Below are positions 8,608 through 18,486 of a DNA stretch of 57,700 nt, in pieces. The stretch's first letter is position 1. Each line of letters begins with the position of its first letter. The stretch is from Candidatus Omnitrophota bacterium (GTDB lineage: Bacteria > Omnitrophota > Gorgyraeia > Zapsychrales > Zapsychraceae), in assembly GCA_016931055.1 (NCBI GenBank), contig JAFGFL010000072.1, positions 1-57,700 of the forward strand. Direction: 5' to 3'. A model generated the notes under the pieces. It was not told where the DNA came from. It saw only the letters and a program-made list of their open reading frames with translations, and made no database searches. The translations under genes were made by a program, and so were the position numbers.

Positions 8608-9600
8608 TTAATCCTTCCAAACTTCCGCCAGGCCTTCATCCAGCAACCGCTGGTTCAAAAACGTTTCTTCCGGGCCGTAAAAGATATCCACAAGGTAGCG
8701 ATCATATTTATCCGACGTTGACGTCCGGACCAGGATAAACTCCAAACCCTCAAGCGCCTGCTCAACGAAGCGCTTGGCCTTTTGGCCCTCTGCCGTTTTC
8801 AATTCCGGCGCGTCGATGCCGCGCAGGCGCAGTTTCTGGCGGACAAAGGTATTGAAGCCCAGGCCGATCCGGGCCCACAGCGTGTCGCCGTCAATGACCT
8901 TCTTGACCTCGGCTTTGTAATAGTAGAGGTCCTCGGCCGTCCTGCCCGAGGGCCCCATTAAAAAAGCGCCTGACTTTTTTACGACTTGCACAATGGTACC
9001 GGCGGCTGACTCTTTTAGGCCTCCCCGAGGCCGGTACCGGCGGGTCACGTCAAAGCCAAGGTCCAGGTCCAGGGCGCCGTTTTCAACCGCGTCGACTTTG
9101 CAGGTATAAAGGATCCCTTTTCGGGCGGTGAGTTTCGCGGCCGGCGGCTTGTTGGCCGTTATGGTGACCGTCCGACGCGCTGCGTCGGCTTGCCGCCACT
9201 GGGCAATTTCCGCGCGCAATTCGTCACGGTTCAGCCCTTCCTTGTCCGCGCGTTTCTGCAGTTCCCGCCGCTGGATCTTGTTGGAAACATTCAACAGCTC
9301 CACATAATGCGACCAGGACAATGCCGACGCCCGCGTCGGCATTTGGAACTGCCGGTAAAATTGGACGACACGCTCAACGGACCGGTAGCACATCCCCAGG
9401 TCCCCTGCCAGGCGATCGTAGAGATACTCGCCGTAGCCTGAGCGTTGTTTGTTCTTTAAGATGTCTTCGTTGATGTCCTTCCCGACGTTCCAATAGGTGA
9501 GGGCCCGGGTGTGTTCGATCTTCCTGCGGCCGGAGTCGATCTCGGTTTTGATCCGGTGCAGGAGTCGGGGGTAGCTATCTTGGGCAGGCAATTTAGTCAC
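8608..9600 (-). CDS. DUF1016 N-terminal domain fused to a thermonuclease (SNase) domain
   Basis: YWNVG...LSWSHY (DUF1016_N); VIDGDT, RLRGIDAPE, DKYDRYL (SNase). Confidence 0.85.
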   Translation of the reverse strand: MTKLPAQDSYPRLLHRIKTEIDSGRRKIEHTRALTYWNVGKDINEDILKNKQRSGYGEYLYDRLAGDLGMCYRSVERVVQFYRQFQMPTRASALSWSHYVELLNVSNKIQRRELQKRADKEGLNRDELRAEIAQWRQADAARRTVTITANKPPAAKLTARKGILYTCKVDAVENGALDLDLGFDVTRRYRPRGGLKESAAGTIVQVVKKSGAFLMGPSGRTAEDLYYYKAEVKKVIDGDTLWARIGLGFNTFVRQKLRLRGIDAPELKTAEGQKAKRFVEQALEGLEFILVRTSTSDKYDRYLVDIFYGPEETFLNQRLLDEGLAEVWKD

Positions 9601-9665
9601 GATGCCGATATTCTACACACCTCGTGAAAAGATGACAAGGGAAATCCGGGACGGGCCTTAAGAGA

Positions 9666-9833
9666 TCAAAGATCTTTTAACCGGCTGGCCGGGATCCTGA
9701 CAACCTTCCCATTTTTCCAGACAATAAGAGGCTGTCCAGTCCTTTTCCGTTCGAGGATCACGTTCTTCACCGCTTGTCGCATGGCTCGTACGGCCTTATT
9801 GAGGATCACAGCATCGCTTTTTGATTTTATCAT
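9666..9833 (-). CDS. 55-aa basic protein downstream of the zeta-like ATPase (not in ORF track)
   Basis: MIKSKSDAVILNKAVRAMRQAV...GQPLIVWKNGKVVRIPA; ATGA overlap with upstream gene. Confidence 0.8.
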   Translation of the reverse strand: MIKSKSDAVILNKAVRAMRQAVKNVILERKRTGQPLIVWKNGKVVRIPASRLKDL

Positions 9834-10399
9834 TTTATTTGACCCTGGAATTTCTCAAACAAATCCTTCTCCATTATATTTAAACGTTCCTGATCATACC
9901 GGGCTATTTCTTTCGGTTCCGCGCCGGAATTATCAAAGAGCAACCAAGAATCGCACAAGCTTTGATAAAGTTGCCCGAAATTATCCCTGCTCCTTCCAAA
10001 CCTCCGCACAACATCCTCCCGCGGAATATCATGCCCTCCCTGCTTTACCCGTTGACGAATCCGGGCATGGGCCAATTGAGCGTTCGGTATCCACAGAAAA
10101 AAGATCGTCAGAGAATAACCGTTCTTCTTTGCTTCTTTAATGAGGGGAACATAAGACCGGCCCGCCAAGGTGGACTCAAAGGCAAAATCGGCCTTAGCAT
10201 CCAGAAACGTTTGTATTTGTCCCAGCAGCAATCGCCCCGCTTTGATACTCATCGACGCCGGGGAAAAAGGGGCCAATCCCGAAGCAATCAAGTCCGCGTT
10301 GACGAATTTGGAACAATGAGCGTAATGGGGTAAGAACTCTTTCGCGAAAGTCGTTTTCCCTGCGCCATTGGGCCCGGCAACAATATAGAGTTTTGGCAT
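9830..10399 (-). CDS. Zeta-toxin-like P-loop ATPase/kinase
   Basis: AGPNGAGKTT, FVNADLIA, FESTLAG, RVKQGGHDIP. Confidence 0.9.
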   Translation of the reverse strand: MPKLYIVAGPNGAGKTTFAKEFLPHYAHCSKFVNADLIASGLAPFSPASMSIKAGRLLLGQIQTFLDAKADFAFESTLAGRSYVPLIKEAKKNGYSLTIFFLWIPNAQLAHARIRQRVKQGGHDIPREDVVRRFGRSRDNFGQLYQSLCDSWLLFDNSGAEPKEIARYDQERLNIMEKDLFEKFQGQIK

Positions 10400-10425
10400 A
10401 GGTACAGTTTAACATTCCCATTGGT

Positions 10426-10468
10426 TAAAAACAATAGAACCCTCAGGAATTCTCACCGGAGGGTTTGG
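10426..10468 (-). terminator. Probable intrinsic terminator after clpB
   Basis: AACCCTC/GAGGGTT stem followed by a T-rich tail on the minus strand. Confidence 0.5.
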
Positions 10469-10544
10469 GGTTACGGCACGCCGTGCCCCTATGTCGTCAT
10501 TCTTCCACCCCGTCTGTCGTACGATGGGGTGTCAGATGACGAAA

Positions 10545-13151
10545 TTATCGCACAGCGGCGGATTTGCGCTTGGCTGAGGAAAAGGTCATTTTGCCTTTCT
10601 CTACATCCACGCGGATTGAATCGCCTTCGTGGAATTCGCCTTTGAGCAGTTTAAGCGCGATCGGGTCCTGGATATATTTTTGCACGACGCGTTTCAGCGG
10701 CCGGGCGCCGTACGACGGGTCATACCCTTCCTCTCCCAGATAGTCCCTGGCCTCTTTCGTTAATTCAATCGACACCTTCTTTTCCTTAAGCCTGGCCTGT
10801 AAAACCGACAACTGGATATCGACGATCTGACGGATATCCTCTTTGCTCAGGCGGTTAAACACGATGGTTTCGTCGATCCGGTTCAAGAATTCCGGACGGA
10901 AGAAGATCTTCATCGCGTCCGCGATCCTCCGCCCGATTTCCGCGGCATCCTTCGCGTGGGCGATCACGTCGGAACCTATGTTGGACGTGAGGATGATGAT
11001 CGTGTTCCTGAAATTGATCACTCTCCCCTGTCCGTCGGTCAAGCGCCCGTCATCCAGGATCTGCAAGAGGGCGTTAAAGACGCCCTTGTGCGCCTTCTCG
11101 ATCTCATCAAAGAGGACCACCGAATATGGGCGCCTGCGGACCGCCTCGGTCAGCTGGCCGCCTTCCTCATACCCGACATAGCCGGGCGGCGCGCCGATCA
11201 AACGCGCGACACTGTGCTGTTCCATATACTCGCTCATGTCGATCCTGACCATCGCGTTTTCGTCGTCGAACAGGAACCACGCCAGCGATTTGGCCAGCTC
11301 GGTCTTGCCGACTCCCGTCGGCCCGACAAAAATGAATGACCCGACAGGGCGGTTCGGGTCGCTTAAGCCCGTGCGCGTACGGCGAATGGCGTTGGCGACC
11401 AAATCAATCGCCTTGTCTTGCCCCACCACCCGCTTTTTTAAGTATTCCTCCATATGAATCAGCTTCTCGGTCTCGCCTTCCATCAATTTCGAGACCGGGA
11501 TCTTGGTCCACTTGGCCACGACCTCGGCGATATCCTGGTCGTCCACTTCCTCTTTGAGCATCGCGCCGCCCTTCTGAAGGGCGATTAGCTCTTTATTGCG
11601 CTGCTGAAGCTCTTTGTTCAGCTCAACCAGAATGCCGTATTTGATCTCTCCGGCCTTGTCCCAATTCCCTTCCTTCTCGGCCTTCACTTCTTCCAATTTC
11701 TTCTGCTCGATGTCCGTCTTGATGCGGCGGACCGCGTTGATCTGTTCCTTTTCCTTTTCCCATTTCAGGCGCATTTCTTTGTTGGCTTCCTTAAGGTTGC
11801 CCAACTCCGCTTCGAGCTTCTTCAGGCGGTCTTTCGAGGCCTCGTCCTTTTCCTTCTTCAAGACCTGTTTCTCGATCTCCAGCTGCCTGATCTTGCGCTC
11901 GTTGACGTCCAGTTCCTGCGGCATACTGTCAATTTCGATGCGCAGCTTTGACGCGGCCTCATCAATCAAGTCAATCGCCTTATCCGGCAGGAACCTCTCG
12001 GTAATGTAGCGCTGGGATAAAGCCGCCGCGGCGATGATGGCGGAGTCCTGGATGCGCACGCCGTGGTGGACCTCATATTTCTCCTTTAGGCCGCGCAGAA
12101 TCGCGATTGTGTCTTCGACCGTCGGCTCGTTAACAAGGACAGGCTGGAAACGCCTCTCTAATGCCGCGTCCTTTTCAACATGCAACCGGTATTCGTCTAA
12201 CGTGGTGGCGCCGATACAGCGCAGCGTGCCGCGGGCCAAGGCGGGCTTGAGCATATTCCCCGCGTCCATCGAACCTTCGGCCTTTCCCGCGCCGACAATC
12301 GTGTGCAGCTCATCAACAAACAGGATGATGCCGCCGTTTTTGCTTTCAATCTCTTTGAGGACGGCTTTAAGCCTGTCTTCAAATTCACCCCGGTATTTTG
12401 TGCCGGCAATGAGCGATCCCATATCAAGCGCGATCACCTTCTTATTCTTCAATCCTTCCGGCACGTCTTCGGTAAAAATCCTTTGCGCCAGGCCTTCGAC
12501 AATCGCTGTTTTCCCAACGCCGGGTTCGCCAATCAAGACCGGATTGTTTTTTGTGCGCCGGGACAGAACTTGGATAATGCGCCGGATTTCCTCGTCACGG
12601 CCAATGACAGGATCCAATTTTCCTTCCTGCGCGAGTTTGGTCAAATCGCGGCCGTATTTATCCAGCGCCTGGTATTTTTCCTCCGGATTGGCGCTGTCGG
12701 CCTTCTGCCCGCCGCGCAGCTGCTTGAGGATATTGACGATGTCGTCTTTGCGCACACCGTTTTTCCTCAACTCTTGCGCGACACAATTATCCCCGTTGTC
12801 AAAGACAGACAGGAAAACATGTTCCTGGGAGACAAAATCATCCTTCATGTCAGCGGCGATTTTCTGAGCGTCAGTCAATATTTTGTTGGCTTCATTGGAA
12901 AGCGCCGGGGCTGAACCTCCTTCGACGTTCGGTTTCTTCTCTAGCCCGGCCTCCAATTGGCCCAAGATTTCCTCAACCGGAATATTAAACCGCTTCAGAA
13001 AAGAAGAAAACATGCTGCCGTCTAATTTCATGAAGGCATAAATTAAATGTTCAACCTCAATTCTTTGATGCCCCAACTCCGCCGCCAAGTCGACAGACCT
13101 TTGGACAGCCTCCTGGCATTTCTGCGTGAATTTTTCAAATCGAATAGTCAT
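10545..13151 (-). CDS. clpB: ATP-dependent chaperone ClpB
   Basis: Two AAA+ domains ([16 protein letters not shown]), coiled-coil middle domain, GARPL; 868 aa. Confidence 0.97.
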   Translation of the reverse strand: MTIRFEKFTQKCQEAVQRSVDLAAELGHQRIEVEHLIYAFMKLDGSMFSSFLKRFNIPVEEILGQLEAGLEKKPNVEGGSAPALSNEANKILTDAQKIAADMKDDFVSQEHVFLSVFDNGDNCVAQELRKNGVRKDDIVNILKQLRGGQKADSANPEEKYQALDKYGRDLTKLAQEGKLDPVIGRDEEIRRIIQVLSRRTKNNPVLIGEPGVGKTAIVEGLAQRIFTEDVPEGLKNKKVIALDMGSLIAGTKYRGEFEDRLKAVLKEIESKNGGIILFVDELHTIVGAGKAEGSMDAGNMLKPALARGTLRCIGATTLDEYRLHVEKDAALERRFQPVLVNEPTVEDTIAILRGLKEKYEVHHGVRIQDSAIIAAAALSQRYITERFLPDKAIDLIDEAASKLRIEIDSMPQELDVNERKIRQLEIEKQVLKKEKDEASKDRLKKLEAELGNLKEANKEMRLKWEKEKEQINAVRRIKTDIEQKKLEEVKAEKEGNWDKAGEIKYGILVELNKELQQRNKELIALQKGGAMLKEEVDDQDIAEVVAKWTKIPVSKLMEGETEKLIHMEEYLKKRVVGQDKAIDLVANAIRRTRTGLSDPNRPVGSFIFVGPTGVGKTELAKSLAWFLFDDENAMVRIDMSEYMEQHSVARLIGAPPGYVGYEEGGQLTEAVRRRPYSVVLFDEIEKAHKGVFNALLQILDDGRLTDGQGRVINFRNTIIILTSNIGSDVIAHAKDAAEIGRRIADAMKIFFRPEFLNRIDETIVFNRLSKEDIRQIVDIQLSVLQARLKEKKVSIELTKEARDYLGEEGYDPSYGARPLKRVVQKYIQDPIALKLLKGEFHEGDSIRVDVEKGKMTFSSAKRKSAAVR

Positions 13152-13220
13152 TCTGCATCAACCCTTTCGTATGTATTTTATCGCGCTTCTTCTTTTCTTG
13201 TTAATAGGAACCTGTTCCTG

Positions 13221-13841
13221 TTAAAACACTTTTTTGGGAAGCTTAATAACCAAACGGTTTGCCTCTTTCTCCGTTTTGACTTTTGAGGTATCAGCATCAT
13301 CGGGTAATGGAATCGTTTTTAAGAACGATCCGTATGACTGCAATTGGAACATCCTGTTTTCGCCCTCTTCTCTGTCTTCCCGTTGACGCTCTCCTTTGAC
13401 CGTAATCGAACTTTCGTTGACCTGAATATCCACTTTTTCCTGGTCAAATCCCGCCATATCAAAAACGATTTCATAACCCTCCTCTGTTTCTTTAAAATCG
13501 AAGTCATAACCGAAGCTCATGTCACTGCTGAACATGCCTTTTCCGAGATTCCCCCTGTAATCGAATGAATTCTGGAACATGCGGTTCATCTCTTCCTGGA
13601 TGCGGTTGATCTCTGAAAAAGGGTCCCATTGCCGGTTTTGCCTGCTTTGGAAGAATCCCCAGGGATCACTCCAACCTTGAGACGGTTTCGATGCCTCTAA
13701 TTCATCCACTCGTTTTTGTAAAGCTTCTATCCGGGCTTTCAAGTCGGCAATGTTCTCTTCAGCTTGTGACGGATCAACACCGGAAACAACCATTGCTAAA
13801 ATAAATAATCCGATTACGTTTAAGATAATCTCTTTTCTCAT
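13221..13841 (-). CDS. Hsp20/alpha-crystallin protein with predicted signal peptide
   Basis: WDPFSEI, YGSFLKTIPLP, LVIKLPK; hydrophobic N-terminus ending SQA-E. Confidence 0.85.
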   Translation of the reverse strand: MRKEIILNVIGLFILAMVVSGVDPSQAEENIADLKARIEALQKRVDELEASKPSQGWSDPWGFFQSRQNRQWDPFSEINRIQEEMNRMFQNSFDYRGNLGKGMFSSDMSFGYDFDFKETEEGYEIVFDMAGFDQEKVDIQVNESSITVKGERQREDREEGENRMFQLQSYGSFLKTIPLPDDADTSKVKTEKEANRLVIKLPKKVF

Positions 13842-13939
13842 TTCGTACCTCCTCTCTTATCACCGCCCAACTTGTGCCATTTAAAGCCCGAAGGGCAAAG
13901 TATGACAGAGACCTCGCAATACTCCTTAATTGGCGGTGT

Positions 13940-14188
13940 TTAAATCCAATCATAAAACTCATTGCTGTAATTCCCGCGCTCTTTGGCTAAATGTTTCAAT
14001 GTCCAGGCTGAACTGATTAGGAAAAAACCGATCAGGATAAAGACGGACGCCGCCATCGCCGCCAAAATCTGCGGAAAAACAATGATCATCACGCCAAAGA
14101 AGACAAATAGCAGCCCGTGGACAAACTGATGTTTCCACGGATAAAATAACCTGTCTCTAAATATGTCAAATAAGCTGTTTCGATACAT
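13940..14188 (-). CDS. Small two-TM membrane protein in the heat-shock operon
   Basis: AAAGGAG RBS; two hydrophobic helices. Confidence 0.75.
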   Translation of the reverse strand: MYRNSLFDIFRDRLFYPWKHQFVHGLLFVFFGVMIIVFPQILAAMAASVFILIGFFLISSAWTLKHLAKERGNYSNEFYDWI

Positions 14189-14230
14189 CGGCCATTTCTC
14201 CTTTACTGGCTTACAATAAAACCCCCGAAG

Positions 14231-14256
14231 TAGGGGCACGGCACGCCGTGCCCCTA
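14231..14256. repeat. REP-like palindrome TAGGGGCACGGC..GCCGTGCCCCTA
   Basis: Perfect stem; partial copy at ~10474-10491 and a related one at ~29499-29524. Confidence 0.75.
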
Positions 14257-14264
14257 CTCCATTA

Positions 14265-14732
14265 TTATTTCACGTCAATCGTGATCTGTTTCGGTTTGGC
14301 CTCTTCTTTCTTCGGCAACGTCAATTGAAGAACCCCATCTTTAAACGTCGCGTTGACTTTGGCAGCATCAACTTGGCCCGGCAATCTCAAGGCCCTGTGA
14401 AAACTGCCGTAATAACGTTCGGTCCGGATGTAGTCCTCTTCCTTAACTTCCGACTCCTTCTTTTTCTCCCCGCTGATCGTCAAGAGATCATCCTGGACAG
14501 AAACATTGATGTCCTCTTTCTTCAATCCGGGCAGGTCGGCCTTGATCACGATGTTATCCTTGGAATCGTGAACATCAATCGCCGGCGTCCATTGCCCGCT
14601 CATCAAAGAAGTTTCTCCATCCCAATGCGGGAAAGAAAAATCAAAAAGCCGGTTCATCTCGTTGTGGAGATTCCGGATTTCACTGAACGGGTACCACGAT
14701 TCATTTTGTTTGCGTAACGGATAGTTTTTCAT
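14265..14732 (-). CDS. Hsp20 small heat-shock protein
   Basis: PAIDV..ADLPG..ERYYGSF..DGVLQLTLPK. Confidence 0.95.
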   Translation of the reverse strand: MKNYPLRKQNESWYPFSEIRNLHNEMNRLFDFSFPHWDGETSLMSGQWTPAIDVHDSKDNIVIKADLPGLKKEDINVSVQDDLLTISGEKKKESEVKEEDYIRTERYYGSFHRALRLPGQVDAAKVNATFKDGVLQLTLPKKEEAKPKQITIDVK

Positions 14733-14756
14733 TGTTCATTCCTCCTTTATTTTTGG

Positions 14757-14843
14757 TTACTTTTGTTTGGCCCCTTTGACCTTCCTCATCACTGATGAGA
14801 GCCAATCACGAATTTTAGGGACAAGTTTTTTTATTTTTTTCAT
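14757..14843 (-). CDS. 28-aa basic microprotein (not in ORF track)
   Basis: MKKIKKLVPKIRDWLSSVMRKVKGAKQK; strong SD AGGAGGTG; lies between CIRCE and hsp20. Confidence 0.55.
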   Translation of the reverse strand: MKKIKKLVPKIRDWLSSVMRKVKGAKQK

Positions 14844-14866
14844 TGTCCTTCACCTCCTGTTTGAAG

Positions 14867-14893
14867 TTAGCGCTCTCGGCTTAAGACTGCCAA
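14867..14893. promoter_or_regulatory. CIRCE element (HrcA operator)
   Basis: TTAGCGCTC-N9-GACTGCCAA versus consensus TTAGCACTC-N9-GAGTGCTAA, upstream of hsp20-clpB. Confidence 0.85.
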
Positions 14894-14910
14894 ATTCTGG
14901 GTAAAAAATT

Positions 14911-15207
14911 TTATGAAATTTCTTTCTCTTCTATTTTTAAAATAACTTTCAGGCCATTCATATTCACACCGCGTTCGCTAATGTAATACCAGCAATGTTT
15001 GACCATTTTTAATTCCCTTTGCGAATAAAGCCTTGCCTTCCCTTCTTTTTTCCGGGGCGGGCTGACGATCTGTTCACGGTCGAGCTGTTTTAAGATCCAC
15101 ACCGGAATGTCGAGCAGCCGGCAGACAACGCCTGTCGTAAATACCGGCTCGTCCAAGTCAAGGATGAACTCGTCAATATCGTCATTAGGATTCTTCTTGG
15201 CTGCCAT
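14911..15207 (-). CDS. MerR-family regulator, HspR-like
   Basis: EPVFTTGVVCRLL...RLYSQREL...GVNMNG; adjacent to heat-shock genes. Confidence 0.8.
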   Translation of the reverse strand: MAAKKNPNDDIDEFILDLDEPVFTTGVVCRLLDIPVWILKQLDREQIVSPPRKKEGKARLYSQRELKMVKHCWYYISERGVNMNGLKVILKIEEKEIS

Positions 15208-15232
15208 GACTCCCTCTCCTTTATCCGCTAAA

Positions 15233-15261
15233 AATATACCATATTTCGATATTTTTGTCAA
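15233..15261 (-). promoter_or_regulatory. Sigma70-type promoter of the hspR-like gene
   Basis: TTGACA-N17-TATATT. Confidence 0.65.
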
Positions 15262-15306
15262 TACTTTCGTAAATATTTTTTCGTTTTTCGAATCAACACT
15301 ACGCGC

Positions 15307-15479
15307 GTCATCCTGGGACCGAACGCAATAAGGGCGAAAAACCTCGGCAGTCCAGATCCTTCCCCTTCGTGCCCCTTTGTGTTCCGCTGGGGTACGTAAT
15401 GTTTTCCTCTGAATATATTTGAGGAAAAAACATACGCCGAAGCAATTTGACTGTAGCTGTGGCTCAGGGGCAGGATAAC
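15307..15479. repeat. GTCATCCTG...CAGGAT(G/A)AC stem-loop repeat
   Basis: Same termini at 141-208, 28047-28138 and 28654-28681. Confidence 0.65.
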
Positions 15480-15512
15480 AGAAGTTAGTAAAGTGACAGT
15501 TTAAGGTGGGTT

Positions 15513-16058
15513 TTAACTTGGAAAGACGCCCCTGTTAACAGAGCGGATATCTTCAATGGTATAAAACGCGTTGGGATTAAATTTCTGGATAGCGGATATG
15601 ATTGCCTTGACATCCGTTCTTTTGGCGATCGTGTAGATGACATTGACCGCGCCGGTGCTTCCGTTGGCCGCGATATTCGTCACACCGTAGCCTTTCACCC
15701 GCAGATGGTCAATCAATTCCGCCGCTTCTTTCTTGGTGATGATCCGGACAACCTCGGTCCCTATGGCCAGTTTTTCCTCAATGACCATCCCCACGTACGT
15801 GCCGGTCGCAAACCCGCCGGCAAAGGCGATATAACAGGCGACATTCGAAAGATTCAAGAACACCTGTTGAATGGCCAGCAGCCAGACCATGATTTGGATA
15901 AAGCCCAGAAACGGCGCCAGGTTTCGTTTTCCCTTTGTTAAAAGCATGATGCGCACCGTGTCCAGCGAAACATCACAGACGCGGGCAAAGAATATGAACA
16001 ACGGAATGATGACCCATTGATAAATTTGTGTTTCATTTGAAAGTAACGCCGAAATCAT
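15513..16058 (-). CDS. DUF2179/UPF0316 membrane protein
   Basis: IFFARVCDVSL..R, GFATGTYVG, NPNAFYTIEDIR. Confidence 0.9.
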   Translation of the reverse strand: MISALLSNETQIYQWVIIPLFIFFARVCDVSLDTVRIMLLTKGKRNLAPFLGFIQIMVWLLAIQQVFLNLSNVACYIAFAGGFATGTYVGMVIEEKLAIGTEVVRIITKKEAAELIDHLRVKGYGVTNIAANGSTGAVNVIYTIAKRTDVKAIISAIQKFNPNAFYTIEDIRSVNRGVFPS

Positions 16059-16215
16059 TCTTCTCCTTTTTGCAGAAGCTGCCCTGCCTGCCGGCAAGCA
16101 GACGGCCGGTCAACTCTACTGTCCTTATATGAACAGGGCTTGGCCATTTCCGGCCAAGCCCCGTCAATCTCAATCGCTATGACGCGATTATAACATCCAA
16201 ACTTTTTATAAACGC

Positions 16216-16653
16216 CTATTCATCTATTTCAATTGTCGCGGGCTCTTCCATTACCTCTTCCGCCGGTGCTTCCATTACCTCTCCTGCTGTCTCTTCAATC
16301 ACTTCTCCCGTTGTTTCCTCTATCGCAGAACTAACCGTCTTAAACAGGTTTTTAACGACCTTCTTTCCGTTCATTTCGACATATTCGACATCAGCTTCAT
16401 CGCCGCCCATCAAATCCGCGGCAGAAGCGACACCTTCGTAAACGGTCTCTGTATTCACATCATAGGCAACTTCAATCTCCTGGTCCATTTCATAATCATA
16501 AACCATAAGATAGATGGTGTCCCCTTCCACTCTTGATACTTTCCCATAAGCAAAATCCAAATCTTCAGCTTCCTGGGCCATGCTGACAGAAACAATGCCT
16601 GCCATCAGAAATGCCGTGATAACAAACATCCGTACTAACCGTGTGATTTCCAT
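16216..16653 (-). CDS. Hypothetical exported acidic protein
   Basis: Signal peptide; Glu-rich repeated tail; GGAGG RBS. Confidence 0.75.
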   Translation of the reverse strand: MEITRLVRMFVITAFLMAGIVSVSMAQEAEDLDFAYGKVSRVEGDTIYLMVYDYEMDQEIEVAYDVNTETVYEGVASAADLMGGDEADVEYVEMNGKKVVKNLFKTVSSAIEETTGEVIEETAGEVMEAPAEEVMEEPATIEIDE

Positions 16654-16900
16654 GCTTCCTCCTCTTTTTGTTAATAAAGTTATCTTTTGATCATATACAA
16701 TAAAGCGCACTTAAGATATCTGCCGCCAGGCCCCAAAAGATCAAACAACCAAAACCTAAATGCGTCAATCTTTTTTCCCCATCAGCCTTAGAATGCCGTT
16801 TCTCGGCCTGGCACTGCATAGCAACTCATGGCTCTTTGGGGACATCTCCTCCTGAGTGTTTTGTAATCAATAATAGCAAATTTTCCGCTAAAAGAAAGCA

Positions 16901-18109
16901 TTATTTTCCCTTCCCGATTGCGGCCTGAACAAACTCAGAAAGTTCTTCGGCAAGCAGCCGGTGCCCTTCGGGCGTCAGATGGCCGTCTTCCTTAGAATAG
17001 AGGCCTTTATCTTTATTGGGTTCAAAGGCCGGAAGCATGTCCAGGAAGCCTATATTTTGCTGCTGGGCGAATTTTGACAGCAGGTCATTGAGGTATCTAT
17101 TGGCCGGCCGCCTGAATTCAGCCGGCGCATCCTTGCCGTATTCCAGGATCCCCAACTGGTTCATACGGGGAATATAAAAAAAGGCCAGCCTGGCATTATG
17201 CTCCTCTGCCAAGCTTTTTATGGCCAGCAGATATTTCCGGGTATTTTTCCATGTCGCGTTGCGGAACGTCGCGTCCTGAAAAAGGGGACTTTCTTCCTGA
17301 ATGATAAAAAATTGTTCTTCGTCCCTATATTGCCTTAATTCCGACATGGCTTTGTTATGGGCCGAATCTTCATTGGCCTTTTCCGCGCGGGTATACATAT
17401 ATTCGATATACCGGCTGTGACTAATGGCTGCCGTGTGTAACTTTTCAAAAAGAGATCTCTTTTGTGTCTTTTCAAAGGAAATAGCCGGGTAATCCTTATA
17501 TTTCTTTGAGAAGTATCGATTGATCATTACAGGAAGGCCGTCTTTATCCAGAACGCTCATCGCCCTTGTCTTATGATCCTCAAACACATCATTTGCGGAA
17601 AGCTGCACGATAATCAAATCCGGATTAAGCTGAAGAAGTTCCCTTTTAAGATAGAGATACTCGCTGATCGGGGAATATCCAGGCACGCCGGCGCCGATAA
17701 CCTCATAATCGTGGCTTGGGTCATCATTCCCGGAATTTAAATGCCTCTCCAGAAGCGCGCAGAAGTTCTCATAAGGAGAAACTTGAAGGGCTTCCGTGAA
17801 AGAATCCCCTAAAACCAATATGCGTGTGACTCCATAGGGTTTGCGAATCTGGACTTCTTCTCCCAGCAAGCCCAGGGAATTCGTTTCATGCCAAACCGAA
17901 CTTTCCTCGCCCGGTCTCTTTCGGTAAAGAAATTTGTTGTTGGGAGCATGAACCACCCCCAGATAGGGATCCGGGACCCAAATCTGCCGGTCCCGGTTTT
18001 CCGACCCGTTATAAACCCTGATAACGATCTCACAGACCGAGAAGATGAATACAACGGCCAACAATCCAGCCATTGATAAAAATAAGGCTCTTTTTTCCAA
18101 ATCGTTCAT
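16901..18109 (-). CDS. SGNH/GDSL hydrolase-family membrane-anchored protein
   Basis: LGDSFT, GYS, ANDV and DGHL blocks. Confidence 0.85.
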   Translation of the reverse strand: MNDLEKRALFLSMAGLLAVVFIFSVCEIVIRVYNGSENRDRQIWVPDPYLGVVHAPNNKFLYRKRPGEESSVWHETNSLGLLGEEVQIRKPYGVTRILVLGDSFTEALQVSPYENFCALLERHLNSGNDDPSHDYEVIGAGVPGYSPISEYLYLKRELLQLNPDLIIVQLSANDVFEDHKTRAMSVLDKDGLPVMINRYFSKKYKDYPAISFEKTQKRSLFEKLHTAAISHSRYIEYMYTRAEKANEDSAHNKAMSELRQYRDEEQFFIIQEESPLFQDATFRNATWKNTRKYLLAIKSLAEEHNARLAFFYIPRMNQLGILEYGKDAPAEFRRPANRYLNDLLSKFAQQQNIGFLDMLPAFEPNKDKGLYSKEDGHLTPEGHRLLAEELSEFVQAAIGKGK

Positions 18110-18167
18110 GATGATTATAATAAAAATGTTAGGTTCTTTGGAAAAATGAATGGGTAATAAGAAATAT

Positions 18168-18251
18168 TCCCTCCCCCTTGTGGGGAGGGATAGGGAGGGG
18201 GAATCCGACGACAATGACACCCCCACCTAACCTCCCCCATAAAGGGGGAGG
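18168..18251. repeat. Paired CCTCCCCC/GGGGAGG palindromic repeats
   Basis: Two inverted G/C-tract hairpins in an intergenic region. Confidence 0.7.
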
Positions 18252-18486
18252 AATAACAGGAATTTTTACCAACTAAAATTTCCAAAGAAACAAATGTTAT
18301 TGTGTTACCAAAGTCATTCGCTTGTACTCCGGCAATAGGGAGCATTGTACACCGAAAACGCAAACACAGTCAATAACTGGCCCATTTACTTTTCCGAATA
18401 AGACAAGCAACGTTCTTTTCTTTTTAATGAAGAAGATGTAGAATTATACGGACTGACGGTCATATAGTTCTTCGGAGAATTCTTCA

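Noticed and set aside
10843-12914. Long plus-strand ORFs over clpB (similarly over fusA, cstA, zupT)
   Set aside because: Antisense shadows of conserved GC-rich genes.
18110-18226. Extended N-termini in the ORF track (SGNH; also 29064-29222, 35783-35950, 48356-48460)
   Set aside because: The extensions run through repeats, the tRNA or neighbouring genes; downstream ATGs fit better.
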